This document shows positions 1 to 11,492 of a stretch of DNA of 60,000 bases, piece after piece (within the stretch, counting starts at the first letter, position 1; the number at the start of each line of letters is the position of its first letter). Made by a program: the position numbers and the translations under genes. Under the pieces are notes generated by a model, which did no database searches, was not told where the DNA came from, and was given only the letters and a program-made list of their open reading frames with translations. Source of the DNA: Camelus dromedarius (Eukaryota); contig NC_087436.1 of NCBI RefSeq assembly GCF_036321535.1, forward strand, positions 122,886,001 through 122,946,000, given 5' to 3'.

Positions 1-378
1 GGCTTTGTTACCGCTCAGTGTGGGTCAGTCAGACACTCACCCTCCCTACGTGCCCAGTGTGGCACAGGGTTTGTCCCCCAAGAGGTTTGGAAGCAGAGCG
101 AGTACCCTTTGGGAGCCAGGCACCGCCCTCCCCCCAGGCTTCACTGAGCACCGGCTGTGGTGTCAGCGCTGTCGTAGGCCAGGGGAGCCGCCAGGCCCAG
201 CGCTTGTCCTCAGGGGCCCCGAGGGGTGGCGCCATGTGTGTATAGGTAAATGGGGCAGGGGCAAGGGCAGCACCAGTAAGAGCGTTGGCTGTTGCAGTCT
301 TTATTTCAGATCAGGAGGAACTGCTTACTGGTGGTAGACGTGTGTGGCTTAATTAATGCCTTTTCTTTGTCTGTCTAG

Positions 379-431
379 CATGAGATTGGCCCAACAAACA
401 GCTTTTGGCACAATAAAAACTCCGGTTTCGA
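379..431 (+). CDS. RNF212: RNF212 internal exon, (S)MRLAQQTAFGTIKTPVS; upstream RING-domain exons lie outside the window
   Basis: Acceptor ctgtctag| and donor |gtaagt, 53 bp, phase 2 to 1. Matches recalled human RNF212 SMRSSQQTAFSTIKSSVS. Confidence 0.92.
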
Positions 432-515
432 GTAAGTAAAGTGACGTCCAGAAGCGAGGGTGGAGAGGCCGGTGCCGAGTGGCACCAGGTCGCCAACACT
501 AGGTTCTCCTCACAG

Positions 516-576
516 CTCCCACTGCAAAGCCCAGCGGGCCTCTGTTCCTGCCACCTGACTCCTCGGCCTCTCAGAG
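516..576 (+). CDS. RNF212: RNF212 internal exon, TPTAKPSGPLFLPPDSSASQR
   Basis: Acceptor ctcctcacag| and donor |gtgtgt, 61 bp, frame-compatible with both neighbours. Resembles human TKPHGCLLPPHSSAPDR. Confidence 0.85.
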
Positions 577-1497
577 GTGTGTGGGGCGTCCTGGACCACA
601 TCTGTCAGCGGCCCAGTCCTCCCTGTGGCCCCCTACGTCCCCAGCCCTCCGCCCTCTAGCCCCAGGTGCTTAGCAGTATTTGGCGTAGGGCTCAGCCACG
701 TTCCCCTCCCTCTGCTCAGCCACAGGTCCCACAGTCAGGTGTGCGGCCCAGGCCAGCCAGTCACAGCACTGGTCCTGGCCGTGTGAGAGGTTGAGGGCGG
801 TTGTGTGACCCTGGCTGGGCCAGCTAGGGGAGGAGGTGGTTAGAAGTGAATCCAACTCTGAGGAGGCAGGTCGAGAGTGGTGGGCTGGGCTAGTGGCACC
901 GTGGAGGACCTGGCCCACCCTGGCTGGGTCTTTCTCTTGGAAGATTGGAGCTGAGTCCATTTGGAGTGCAGGAGGTGTGGGGGTTGCGGAGACCCTGCTG
1001 GCTTGCCTCCACCCCCCAGCTCTTTCCAGCAGCCCTGTGTCAGCAAGCTCAGGAAGGAACTGGACGAGGTCCTCTCCCCGCCCACCTCTCTCTTGCTGGT
1101 GTCCAGCCGTGTGTCCTGTCAGCCCCTGGCCTGACTCTTTTAAGGAACTAACGTTGATCAAGCCTGTGTGGATGTGGGGGCCGCGCAGTAGGTGTGGGTG
1201 GGAGGCGATACTCCTGCTCCTGGGAGGTCTGGCAGGAGCAGGTGCTGGTGGCCAGAGGAGGGGCCTTCCGGGAGGAGCGGTGGCAAGGAGGGGAGGCCGG
1301 GGCCGGAGGAGGAGGGCTCCATGCTCTGTGGGAGGGTGTGCGGCCGGTCTCTCAGACCTCAGGCCCCATGTAGGTGGCACTGTGACACTGAGCCAATAGC
1401 GAAGAGGAAGGAGAGCGGCCTACAGGCTGGTGTGTGCCTCTGCATCGCGTCCTGGTCGCCAGCCCCAGGCCCCTAACGACCTCTCACTCTCTAGCAG

Positions 1498-1543
1498 GGT
1501 GGAGTCCATGGAAGTCGACCTCACCTCCTCCCCAAGGAGAAAA
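1498..1543 (+). CDS. RNF212: RNF212 internal exon, (R)VESMEVDLTSSPRRK
   Basis: Acceptor ctctagcag| and donor |gtaagt, 46 bp. Human equivalent is RLESMEVDLSPSPIRK. Confidence 0.93.
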
Positions 1544-3814
1544 GTAAGTACACCTGCCCGCCTCTGTGTACTTGTCCCCTGCCTGCTTGGAGTTTTCAGG
1601 TTTCTCAGCCCTGATGACCATCATGAACGGTGTCTTCATTGCATACTGGGCCAGGGGGTGGGCGCCGTGGGACGTGGGGCACAGGCTGGGTCCTGGCAAG
1701 CGTGTGTGCCCCTGCCCAGCTGGCGTGGGGAGAGTGGCTGCCATGTCTGCACGTGTGGCCAGAGAGAGGTAGCAGAACCCGGCTGATGCCGTCAGCCCAG
1801 GCAGAGAGGTGCGGCTCTCAAGTTCACAAGTCCTCAAGGGAACATGGCCAGGACTGAAGCATCATCGCCAGCTCCAGCCAGCTCCCATTCAGCTCAAGGC
1901 TGGGACCTGACAGCCGGAGGGGACGGGGACAGGGGCTCAAGGTGCGGCCTTGTGGCCACCAGTGCCTCGTAGTGCCTTCCTCTCACTGCTGGCCACTGGA
2001 CTGAGCTCTGCCCGGAGCCAGCCTGCCACTGCTGTAAGCACCTTAGAAACGAGAACCGGGTGCCCTGGCAGCCCTGTAAGGTGGATGCCAGCGTGTCGGC
2101 TGGTTGGTGAGAAACTGCTTATTTCCAGGGAACTGTCTGAAAGCGGGTTGTGGAGGAGCCTGGATTCCAGGGCGAGACGGTGGGGATGCTGAGCCCTGCT
2201 GGCCGCCTCCCCACACCTCCCATCCCACCATGTCGGCCACGCTCCCAGACGTCCTGCCGGGAGAGGTCTGTGAGTGTGCCTCCTCCCTTCCCTGGGCTGG
2301 GTGTCTGCCCCCCACTGCAGGCCGTGGCAGCTCTTGAAGAAGCCCTCCTTCCAGTTCACGAGTCCCTGCCTGCCCACCTTGGCCCCCAGAAACTGGACCA
2401 TGATCCTCAGGCCACACGTGGCCTCATTTCAGAGGTCGAAGACTGACTGGCTAAGTGAGGGCATGTGCCTGGGTGTCACACTGGAAATTGCAGCTATAGG
2501 ACCAGAATGCAGTGAAATGATTTGAATAGCAAGTCAGGACTCCACCACCGTCTAGAGAGGCCGGAAGGGGAAGGAGTCACGCCTTCGTGGACTGAGGCTG
2601 CCACCACAGCGTCTCATCTGCTGGTCCTGCACAGCCACGCCAGTGCCCTGCCCCAGACGGGCCCACTTCTGTGTGCAGCCACCTCTTTGGGCACGTGTAC
2701 CTTTAAATCCCTTCTGTCTCGCCTGTTCCTGGCTTCTCCCCCCAAAAGAGGACTCGAGCGAGAACTGACCCAAGGAGTAAAGCTCTTCCTTATCAGAAGC
2801 CCGGGTAAGAAGAGACAATTTGCTGGATTCTAATCCAACGTGATTTTCATCCTCACTGTGTGATGATGACTCTTCTCTGTTGGAGTTTCAGCGTGGATCG
2901 GCTGGTCAGAGCTGGCCTGAACTGGACATGTGGCCAGCTGGGCAGAACGGGCAGGGGTGGAGGTCATGGTGGACCACGAAGCTGAGGGGCACTGGGGGCC
3001 TAGGAGGTGCCGAGCAGGCTCTGAAAGCAGCGGGGAACAGACCAGCAGCTGGAGGGGCTGTGAGATCGGGCTCCACTCGCACTGGGCCACGATGGAGCCA
3101 CACCAGGGGCAGGCGGGGTGGTTGGTTATCTCCAGAGAGGGGATCTGGGGGGTGGGCACTGGCCTGCTGGGGGCTGCAGTCCATTTGCAAGGCATCTGCC
3201 CTGGGGGCTGGTCCCTTCGAGCGTGGAGTCTTGCCAGCGGGCAGGGCCGGGGTCAGGGCAGAGGGTGTGCTGGAACAGGAGTCGGGGAGCTGGGGGGAGG
3301 CCCCTTGACAAGGGGGCTCAGCACCGTTGTGCGGGGGCACAGACTCGGAGGGTGGCCTGAGACCCGAGCAGGGGCACAGGTCGGGTGGGGCGGTGGCCCA
3401 CCTGGGGCCACAGGAGCAGGCCAGGATGGGCTGTGGGAATAGGCAGTCAGTAGCTGTGCCCCCCGGCCCCCCCGGCCCAACTCCCAGGGAGAGAAGGGTC
3501 CGGGCTGAGGGCTTGGCGAGGAGCGAGCCCGGTGCCCCGTGGCGTCAGGGCGACCTGAGGGTTTCAGAACTCCTGGTGTCAGCCGAGAACTCACTGCTTT
3601 TTCCTTCTGGGATCCGTCAAAGCCCCAGGGGAGTCCTCTCCCCTCCCCACACGGGCCCTCCGGGCTGGGGAGCAAAGCAGTCCTGCCCTCCCGGCCATGT
3701 CCAGGCCAGACAGCGGCTCCCAGGCAGGCGGGACTCGAGCTGTGTCCAGGAAGACGAGGGGACTTTGCACACAAGTGACAGCTCTGGGACACTGTTCTCT
3801 TTTTCACGCCGTAG

Positions 3815-3878
3815 CCCGAGGCCACGGCCGGCCCCGCAAGGATCTCCGTGATCAGTCCACCTCGAGACGGACGCATGG
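3815..3878 (+). CDS. RNF212: RNF212 internal exon, PEATAGPARISVISPPRDGRM(G)
   Basis: Acceptor ttttcacgccgtag| and donor |gtaagt, 64 bp. Human equivalent is SEIAAGPARISMISPPQDGRMG. Confidence 0.94.
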
Positions 3879-5039
3879 GTAAGTGGGGTGATGCCACTTG
3901 ACCTCTGTCCACATGCACTGGAGTGCGTCAGAGCCCAGTGGGGGGCCTCCTGCAGTGAAGTCCAGGTTTGGGTTCGTGGGGACCACATGGGCCCTACCTG
4001 ACGGCTCGATGCACGCCACCCTCAGAGCCCAAGTCCTCCCTGTGAGCAGGAATCCCAGCACCCGGTTTGGAAATCGCCAGAGTGGCTGGTGGGTGCCCCT
4101 TCCCCTGATGTCTCTGCCCACCACCCCCCAGGCACCAGGCTCTGCGGCTCAAGCCCTGTTCCCACCTCCCGCCCCCCCTCACCAGACAGCCAGGCCAGGT
4201 TGTCGTGGAAATGTTCACATTTGGGGTTCTCAGCCCTCAGCTCTTCTGTTCGCTTTCCTGAGTGGCTGCTTGCATCTCCCTCCTTGGATTCATCTTCCTT
4301 CTTGTTGGAGCTGGGGTTATGGTAACTTCCTCTTGTGTAGGTTTCTGTGCAGGTCTGTCTATGGCCTGTTGGTGCCACCCTCCTGCCATTACACCTGGGT
4401 GGGCTGACTTCCTGTGCTGGAGCTCCTGCCACAGGCCCCCTCGCCCCCCGCCCGCCCCCTCCCCCACCGTGGGTGCTGTGCTTCTAGCCTTGGCTCCTCA
4501 CCTGGGCAGGCCTGCGTCTTCATCTCCCTGCCCACTGCCCACCATCCACCCCTGCAGTCTAGGGCCTTTTCCTTTCGTCCTTCCCCCCCCCCCCCCGTCA
4601 CTGAGTGCCGTCACCAGGTCCCACATTCACGGTACTAGGGGCTTGTGCCGGTGGGTTGAGCACCTCCCACACATGGGTGAGGGTTCCTGACCCTCGTCCT
4701 CAGTCCTGCCCACTCCCTTGTGGCTTGTCCCCAGTGTCTGAGGTGGCCTTCCTCCTGCATGTACTCACTCTGCCGGGGGCCTCGTGGTGCCGGGCGAGAT
4801 GCCCTCAGTGCCCGCTGTCCCTGCCGCGTGCGTGGCCTTAGAGTTTCCAGGTAGTTGGGTTTCACGTTGGGACCCGGGTCTGGGGGACATGCTGTCCCCC
4901 CTCCTAGTGTCTGGCCTCACAAGACCCTCTTATGCTCGGGTGTGGGTGACGCCCACACTACAGGAAAGGTCCTCTTTCCGTGATGTCACGATTCCAGGCG
5001 TTTCATGTCCGTCATTGGTCGGAAGCCCAAGGCAAGAAA

Positions 5040-6620
5040 GCCCCCAGATACTTGAGGCCAAAACTGACAATTAAAAAGAGAAATAGTTAATTCAACGCTT
5101 TATAGTTTGAACACTTCAGTAGCCCGCTGTCAGTGATTGAAGGAACAACCAGACAAGCAAGGAGACGGGAGGCTGCGCACCGGCAAGCCTGACATCCGCC
5201 AGCAGCAGAGTGGCCTCCCACGTGCATGTGGGCACGCTCCAGGGCAGGCCCTGTGCTGGGGGCGCCTGAGAGGAGTCTCATGCGGAGTGCGTTTGGGACC
5301 ACAGTGGGATTAAAATTGTAAACCAGCAACAAGGAAAATGAGAGTAAAATGGATGTTTGGAAGTGAAACAGCACAGTTACGACCAGCTTACGGACCAAAA
5401 GAGAAATCGCAAGTAGCAACAGAAAACGTCTTGAACTGCATGAAAGCAGACACCTCGGGTCAAAGTTTGTAGGGTGCTGGTGGGGTGACGCGGGGAGGGG
5501 ATGCGGAGCTTTTCATGCGGACGTTGGGAGGGAGGCCTGGAAACAGTCGTCTAAGCTCCCACCCGGAGAAGCTGCGAGACAGTGTCTGCAGAAGAGAAAC
5601 AGAAGCAGTAGAGGAAGCCAGCGGGACTGCAGTGCCTGGGCTGCCCAGGAGAGAGGACACATGGCGGGACTCGGGCGACAGAGGGACGTCGCCGCACAGC
5701 CTGCAGCTGCTCCAGGGTCGTAGGGAACGTTACGAGCAACTCCGCCCGCAGAGTAGATGGCTTACGTGAAACGGGCAAATTCCTGAAAAGACAGAAACGG
5801 TCGGAACTACCTCAGAGGAAGTACTTAATCTTGGAGGAGCTCCATCAGGTGAAGAAGCTGAGTTGTAACTTCTCAACGTTCCCACGAAGAAAAGCCTGTT
5901 TCTCGACGTCTTTGTGGGCAAACTATGAAATGCGAAGAACTAGCACCGGTCCTGCAGAGACTTTTCCAGGAAGTGGGATCAGACGCTTCCCGGCTTGGTC
6001 CGTGAGGCCAGCGGTGTTTCCACAGCACAGCCAGGCGTTCCGGGAGAGCTGAGCGGTATTCCCCGTGAGCGTGGCGCAGGGCCCGTAACACATACGAGGC
6101 AGTCAGTGTAGCAGCATGTAAAGAGGATTTTACACTGTCACCAGGGGGCTCAGCTCAAGAATTCAAGGTTATTTGACATCTGAAAATCAGTTAAATTAGT
6201 AGAATAAAGGACCTAAAAAATCTTTTCACCAGGAAAAGAATTTGAGGAGGGGAGGGTAGAGCTCCGTGGTAGAGCGTGTGCTCGGCATGCCCAAGGTCCT
6301 GGGTTCAATTCCCAGCACCTCCATTAAGAAAGGAAGAAAAGAAAAAAATCTGGCAAAATTCTAGTCGTTGACGGTAGAACCTCTCAAACACGTGATAGAA
6401 GGACATGTCCTAGTCTGATGAAGGGTGTCCACCAAAAGCCCACAGCCCGTGTCATGACGCTGAAATAGTGAACATTTTCCCTCAGTACCAGGAACTGGTG
6501 GGGATGTCTGCTGGCGGAGCAGAGGTCAACGGGCGTGGGTTGGAGAGGAGGCGGCATGACTGAGGACAGCGTGGTCTGGAGGAATATCACGAGGGATCAA
6601 GGAGAAGACGGTGGGAAATT
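5040..6620 (+). mobile_element. Decayed LINE-1 ORF2 fragment in an RNF212 intron
   Basis: L1 ORF2-like segments such as aaagagaaatcgcaagtagcaacagaaaacgtcttgaactg, ttcccacgaagaaaagcc and caaggttatttgacatctgaaaatcagttaa. Alignable by eye to the L1 at 51.0-52.1 kb. Boundaries are approximate. Confidence 0.75.
6249..6348 (+). mobile_element. tRNA-Ala-derived SINE (camelid Vic-1-like) with A-rich tail, inserted into the L1
   Basis: ggggagggtagagctccgtggtagagcgtgtgctcggcatgcccaaggtcctgggttcaattcccagcacctcca plus an A-rich tail. Pol III A and B boxes are recognisable and the anticodon arm is mutated. Confidence 0.85.
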
Positions 6621-6689
6621 ATAAACACGGCTGTGCTAGGTCGGGATTCCGTCCCTCCAGCCAGCAGGACTGAATTAGTCGAGTGGTGC

Positions 6690-8110
6690 TGACAGTCGAG
6701 GTCGGTCCTGTTGGTTAGTGTGTCCCACCCTTTCTGCCGTAAGTGTCATGTCGTCACTGTTACTGGTGCTTCACGGTGAGGTTTGAAATCAGGTGCTTTG
6801 TACTTACTTCCCAGAGTAACCTTGGCTGGTCTAAGCCTCCGCGTCTCTGTGAAAATCTGAAGGTCCGTTTGTCGGATTCTGCCTGAAGCCCTGCTCGGGT
6901 TCCGGGGGGAGTGTCACGGAACCTGCGCTTGCGCCAGGGGAGAGTCGCGCCTTCAGTCCGAGGACGTGACGCGCCTGCCGACTGGGTCCCTCGTTCACCT
7001 TGGTTTCTGAGGAACCCTGTAGTTTTCGAGGTGCTGGTCTTACATTTTCTTGGTAAATTTGTACCTGAGGAGTTAATTACTTTGAAAGTGGACTTTTCTT
7101 CATTCAGTTTCAGCTTAGGTACAGTTTGCTCGGGGTGTCTTTCTTCTCAACCTTCGCTGTCACCTGTCTGTCCTTGGAGCCAGCATGTGCCTCAGGTGGA
7201 CAGTACGTGGTCAGATCCTGCTTGTAACCTCTGCCTTTTGATGGGAGTGTTCGGTCCCTCGATAGTCAGTGTAGTTGTTGGTAGGTTTGGGTTTGTCTCC
7301 CACTTTGCTGTGTGTTTTGTGTCCAGTGTGGGATGTTTGGTTTGTCTAAATCTCCTTAACTGCCCGCTTTGCATTCAGTATCTCTAGTGCACCATTTGCT
7401 GTGGATTGAGTTGTGTCCCCGCAAAACTGTGACTGCACTTGGAGGCGGTGTCTGGGGGTAAGGGTGGTGGCTGACCGGATGGGACTGATCCTCATGCAGG
7501 AGACGCACCTGCGGGGCTCCCGGCCCCTTGACCTTGGACTCCGGCTCCAAGTGCAGCGGGGGCGGAGCTGGGACACTGGTCCTGCACTGGTGTGCAGGCT
7601 GCGCTGTCCCCGGCCATCCCCTTGGGGACCAGGCCCGGCACCCCCTGCGGCCAGCGCTCCCTGGGCTCTGGGGAAGCCAGTGACTTTGTGAGCTTCACTC
7701 CCGTGTCATCACGCATGCTGGGACCCCAGCCAGGCGGTGTTGGAAGCGCTTCCTGTGAAGAGACTAAGCTCGCAGAGGGCACCGAAGTGCGCAGACCCCC
7801 GCACTTGTCACCTCCCTGGGGCCGGTGCTGTTGGCGGCTGCTTCCGGTTAAACCAAAGGCCCGGTTTATCATAGCGCAGGTCAGCTGGTGGCGAAATCTC
7901 CCAGTTTTGTGCACATTTGAACGCCTTCGTCTTCGTTTGGAGGGTGTGTCACTGGACGTGAACCCTTGTTTGGCTGCGATGAGCACTTGCAGTCACGTCA
8001 CCGCCTCCGGCTTCCTGCGTTTCTGACAAGGGGTTGGCCGCAAGCCGCCTTCCTCTGGTGCCATGAGTGTTCTCCTGCTGCCTGGAAGTCCGCCTGTCCC
8101 TGCTCCCTGT
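6690..8110 (-). mobile_element. Antisense LINE-1 remnants (ORF2 and ORF1 pieces), interrupted by a probable MLT1 LTR fragment at about 7395-7620
   Basis: The minus-strand translation TTTLTIEGPNTPIKRQRL (7192-7374 ORF) resembles the L1 endonuclease N-terminus (TLNVNGLNxPIKRxRL). tgctgtggattgagttgtgtcccc is an MLT1-like 5' end. Confidence 0.6.
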
Positions 8111-10099
8111 GGCTTTGGGGACCTTCTCGAAGCCGGCAAGTGCGAGTCCTCCAGCCTTGTCCTTCGTCTCGGGGATGAGGGGCTGCAGCCCTGGCCGTGC
8201 CTCCTCCTCCCTGGCCCCTTCCCACCGGGCTCAGCCCTCTAGAGGGTTCCCTGGTTTCGGCTCCATCATGGCTGGAGGTCCCTTCTCCACAAACATTTGC
8301 AGGCGAGTGGAGGAGCCATGGGCGCAGCGTCTCGCTCCCTGGCCCATCTGTCCTGCGAGCCGTGCTGACCCTTCCACGGCCCCTCGCGCCCCCCACCACC
8401 GTCGGCACTCAGTGTCCCATCCACACGACATCACCGGCCCCCGGTGTCCCCATGCTCCTGACAGTGAAACTCATCTTTAAGTGTCAACACGTTTTCCATT
8501 TTGATTTTCAAATGGAAATCTTTCCAAGGAGCAGAGAGCAGTTTGCTTTCCTGAGCAGAAGCAACCTAACTCGGACTGTCCTGTTGCTGGTGGAGCTTCA
8601 TCTGGTCACTTCTTCTAGTCGGGCTGCAGCCCAGCCCTGAGGATGGCCTCCTCGGGCCCCTGGCATCGCGCCTCCCTCCAGCAGCACGCTGAGTCACCAC
8701 CCTCAGGACAGAGGCCTGCCGCGGCCTAGGGTCCGCAGGCAGGACTGAAGGACCCCTGTTCTGGGGTCAGAGCACTGCCCACACAACCTCGTGAGTCACT
8801 GACCTCCTGGCCCTCGGTGTCCTTGTCCGTGCTGTAACGGCTGTGTCCACAAGGGACCGTGCCCGGTGGGTGGGTAAGAAGCCGCCCTGCTGAGCAGCGC
8901 GGCGCTGGGCACGTCGTCTCTGGATAGAAGGGCCTTGATGTCACTCATGTCCAGCTGCGCCCGGAACTGTGCCGCCAGGTCTGATGAGGCCAACAGACGA
9001 GACAGTGCCACAGGGGAGGAAGTTTTTACAATCACAGTCCCTGGAAGCAGGAGGCAGGGCCACTCAGGAGGCCAAGGGGCCAAGGGGGCCACGGAGGCAA
9101 GAGCCTCCGCCGTGGTTTTGGGGGAAGGAGTGGGCAGGGCGGTGGGTGCAGGCCAGCCGGGTTTGGGGCTGGCAGTCCTGGCATAGGCACGGCCTCGTTT
9201 GTCTGATGTCCACCTGGGCTGATCAGGGCCGAGTGTGGCAGGCAGACAAGAGGAGGGGTCACGGGCACGCTCCGCTCACCTGCTGGCCTCTGCCGCCTGT
9301 GGGAGTCAGCCAGCCCCGGGAGGGGCAGTCTCCCCAGGGTTAGCACGGCCCCTAGACATCACACCCTCGGAAAACACAGAAAACAGCACAGTTAACGCAG
9401 TGCTGAGGGGGGTTCTATTCCCCAGCCCGCTGCTGTGGTCCTCCAGGGGGCACCTGCAGTGGGCAGTCCTCCTGGCCTGCACAGCCCAGGGGCAGAGATG
9501 AGGCCCCTACTGGCCTCTTAGTGCTGTGCAGCCTCGGGCAAGGTGCTCCCCCTCTCTGATCCTTCGGTTATGCGCAGGGTAACAGGAAAGGACACAGGAG
9601 CCTGACCTTAGTGCTGTCTTCCCGTCCTCCCCTGGCTTTCTCGAACCATCGGAGCTCACCTGTCAGATGCAGAGGAATTTGGGTATCAGGAAGGGGCAGT
9701 CTTTCCGCATTTGCCTTTGGTGGGACTGACACGTACCAGGGACCATTTATATCTTTAAAAGAGGCTTCTTATTCGCTCAGAAGGTTTCAACAGAGACTGG
9801 GGCCGTGTGAAAATCTCACGGTTTGGGTGGAGAGGACACAAGTCGTCCTGGGGCCCGTGTCAGCCCCGCTGTCCTGCCCCCTTCCTCCCAGCAGAACTGA
9901 AGGGCTTCCCTCCCGGGTTCTCAGAGTCACTGGAGCCAAAATCAGTGGGAGGGTCCACACCAGGGCTGCCCCTCCTCCCTGATGGAGCCCTGGCGGTGGG
10001 TCCTGAGACTTGGCAGGACCAGGGCTGGTGCTTGGCCGGAACGCTGAAGGGGGTGAGGAGGAAGCAGCCCTGTGCTCACACACACCTCCACCCCGGCAG

Positions 10100-10169
10100 G
10101 CAGCGTGGCCCACCACCCTCAGCACCTCAGCCTGACGCCACGTCGCTCCAGCGAACCCCAGGCTCCCAG
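10100..10169 (+). CDS. RNF212: RNF212 internal exon, GSVAHHPQHLSLTPRRSSEPQAPR
   Basis: Acceptor ccccggcag| and donor |gtgggt, 70 bp, phase 1 to 2, fits the flanking exons. PQHLSLTP matches the recalled mouse Rnf212 C-terminal region. Confidence 0.85.
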
Positions 10170-10851
10170 GTGGGTGAAGTGGGAGCGTGAGGGGCCACCC
10201 GCCTCGCCGGCTACTTCGTGTGTTTGAAGCTAGAATGTAATTTAGTGGGAGCCCTGTTGCTAAAACCCAGGAGCACTGCGTGTGGCTGCACAGCCGGTCA
10301 CCCCAAGACTGGCCCGGGGGTGGTGAGTTCCCTGTGGGCCCTGCATCCGGGGGGCCTGGCTATGTCCCCACCGCTCTGTTTACAGAAGCAAGTGGGGTGC
10401 GTCTCCCAGCCCGAGCGGCGTGCCGGCACCTCCCTCGGCCAAGCTTGTCCTGGATGTGCGGCCGCCTTCTCTGCTGCACATCCAAGCGCTCGCTGGCTGC
10501 CCCTCAGGGCTCGTTCTTAAGATGGAAGCTCCGGTGGCCTCTCTAAAAGGCAGACCCTCCCCTCTCACCCCTCCTCACCCAAGGTCCCACAGCGACAAGT
10601 CCACATTTTGCCGTCTGGCACAGTCCAGCCCTGGCCTCCAGATTGCATGCCCATTGCCCCTCGGTTCACGATGCCGTCCCTACTCACCTACCTGACCACA
10701 GGCTGCCCTCCACCCCACCCCACACCACAGGGAGCTGGGCCCTCCACCCAGTGCCCTGTGACCCCCAGGGAGCCAGGCCCGCCCACCTCCAGCTCGGTGC
10801 CCTCTTGTTTGTAACCGGACTTTTTCTGCGTCAGCACAGAGGGAGTCCAGC

Positions 10852-10873
10852 GGGGGGGGGGGGGGGGGGGGGG
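10852..10873 (+). repeat. G22 homopolymer
   Basis: 22 consecutive G, read directly. Confidence 0.95.
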
Positions 10874-11132
10874 TCCGCCGACTGCAGGCTCTGAGCCTGG
10901 TAAAGGGCAGCCTTTCTTGGGGGCCCTGGCACGGTCACCTCAGCCCAGAAAGGGCCTCCTGTGAGGTGGCCTGCTAGTGCGCTACATGTGCAGCTGCTCC
11001 CGCAGGCCCAGCAGCCCCAAGCTCGCCACGTGGCTGGCCTCTCGTTCTCGGAACATGTCTTGAGTCTGCACGTGGCCTTGAATGCTAGAAAGCCATTGAG
11101 GCTTAGTTACTGTGTTACTGAATTCATCACAG

Positions 11133-11266
11133 GATCCCAGCGCTGCGGCTCCCCTGTGAGGGGTGGACCGGGAGCCCAGCGCCCCCAGCGGCCAGCGGAG
11201 CGGGGAGAGGGGTGGCACCCAGGCCCCCCATCAGCATCGCGGGCCTGCTGCAGAGGCAGCATTTAA
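11133..11266 (+). CDS. RNF212: RNF212 penultimate exon, (R)IPALRLPCEGWTGSPAPPAASGAGRGVAPRPPISIAGLLQRQHL; reads to TAA at 11287-11289 if unspliced
   Basis: Acceptor ttcatcacag|, in frame with the previous exon. PISIAGLLQRQ matches recalled mouse PISISGLLQRQ. The 3' boundary is a putative GC donor (gcaagt). Confidence 0.82.
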
Positions 11267-11457
11267 GCAAGTGCTGCTTTGAAAAGTAAACGCTTTTCCC
11301 TGAAATGCACGTGTGAGAATGTCTGTGTGGTGAGAGCAGACACGAGACTGGAACTTGGAACGTTCTTAAGAATCGTGTTCTGAGCGTCTCGGTGGTTTGG
11401 AACCGGTGGTGTCCGCAGTGAATCCCACGTGGGTCATGCTCTGGACACCTCCTGCAG

Positions 11458-11492
11458 GGTCTGCCGGCCTCAGGGTTCAGGTGCGGGAGTGA
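11458..11492 (+). CDS. RNF212: Putative RNF212 terminal coding exon, (R)SAGLRVQVRE*
   Basis: Acceptor cctcctgcag|, phase 1 compatible with the GC donor at 11267. Loosely similar to recalled mouse GSASPRG. Stop TGA at 11490-11492. Confidence 0.55.

Noticed and set aside
6249..6323. Functional tRNA-Ala gene
   Set aside because: D-arm and anticodon-arm substitutions, extra 5' bases, an A-rich tail instead of a T-run terminator, and insertion within an L1 all indicate a SINE.
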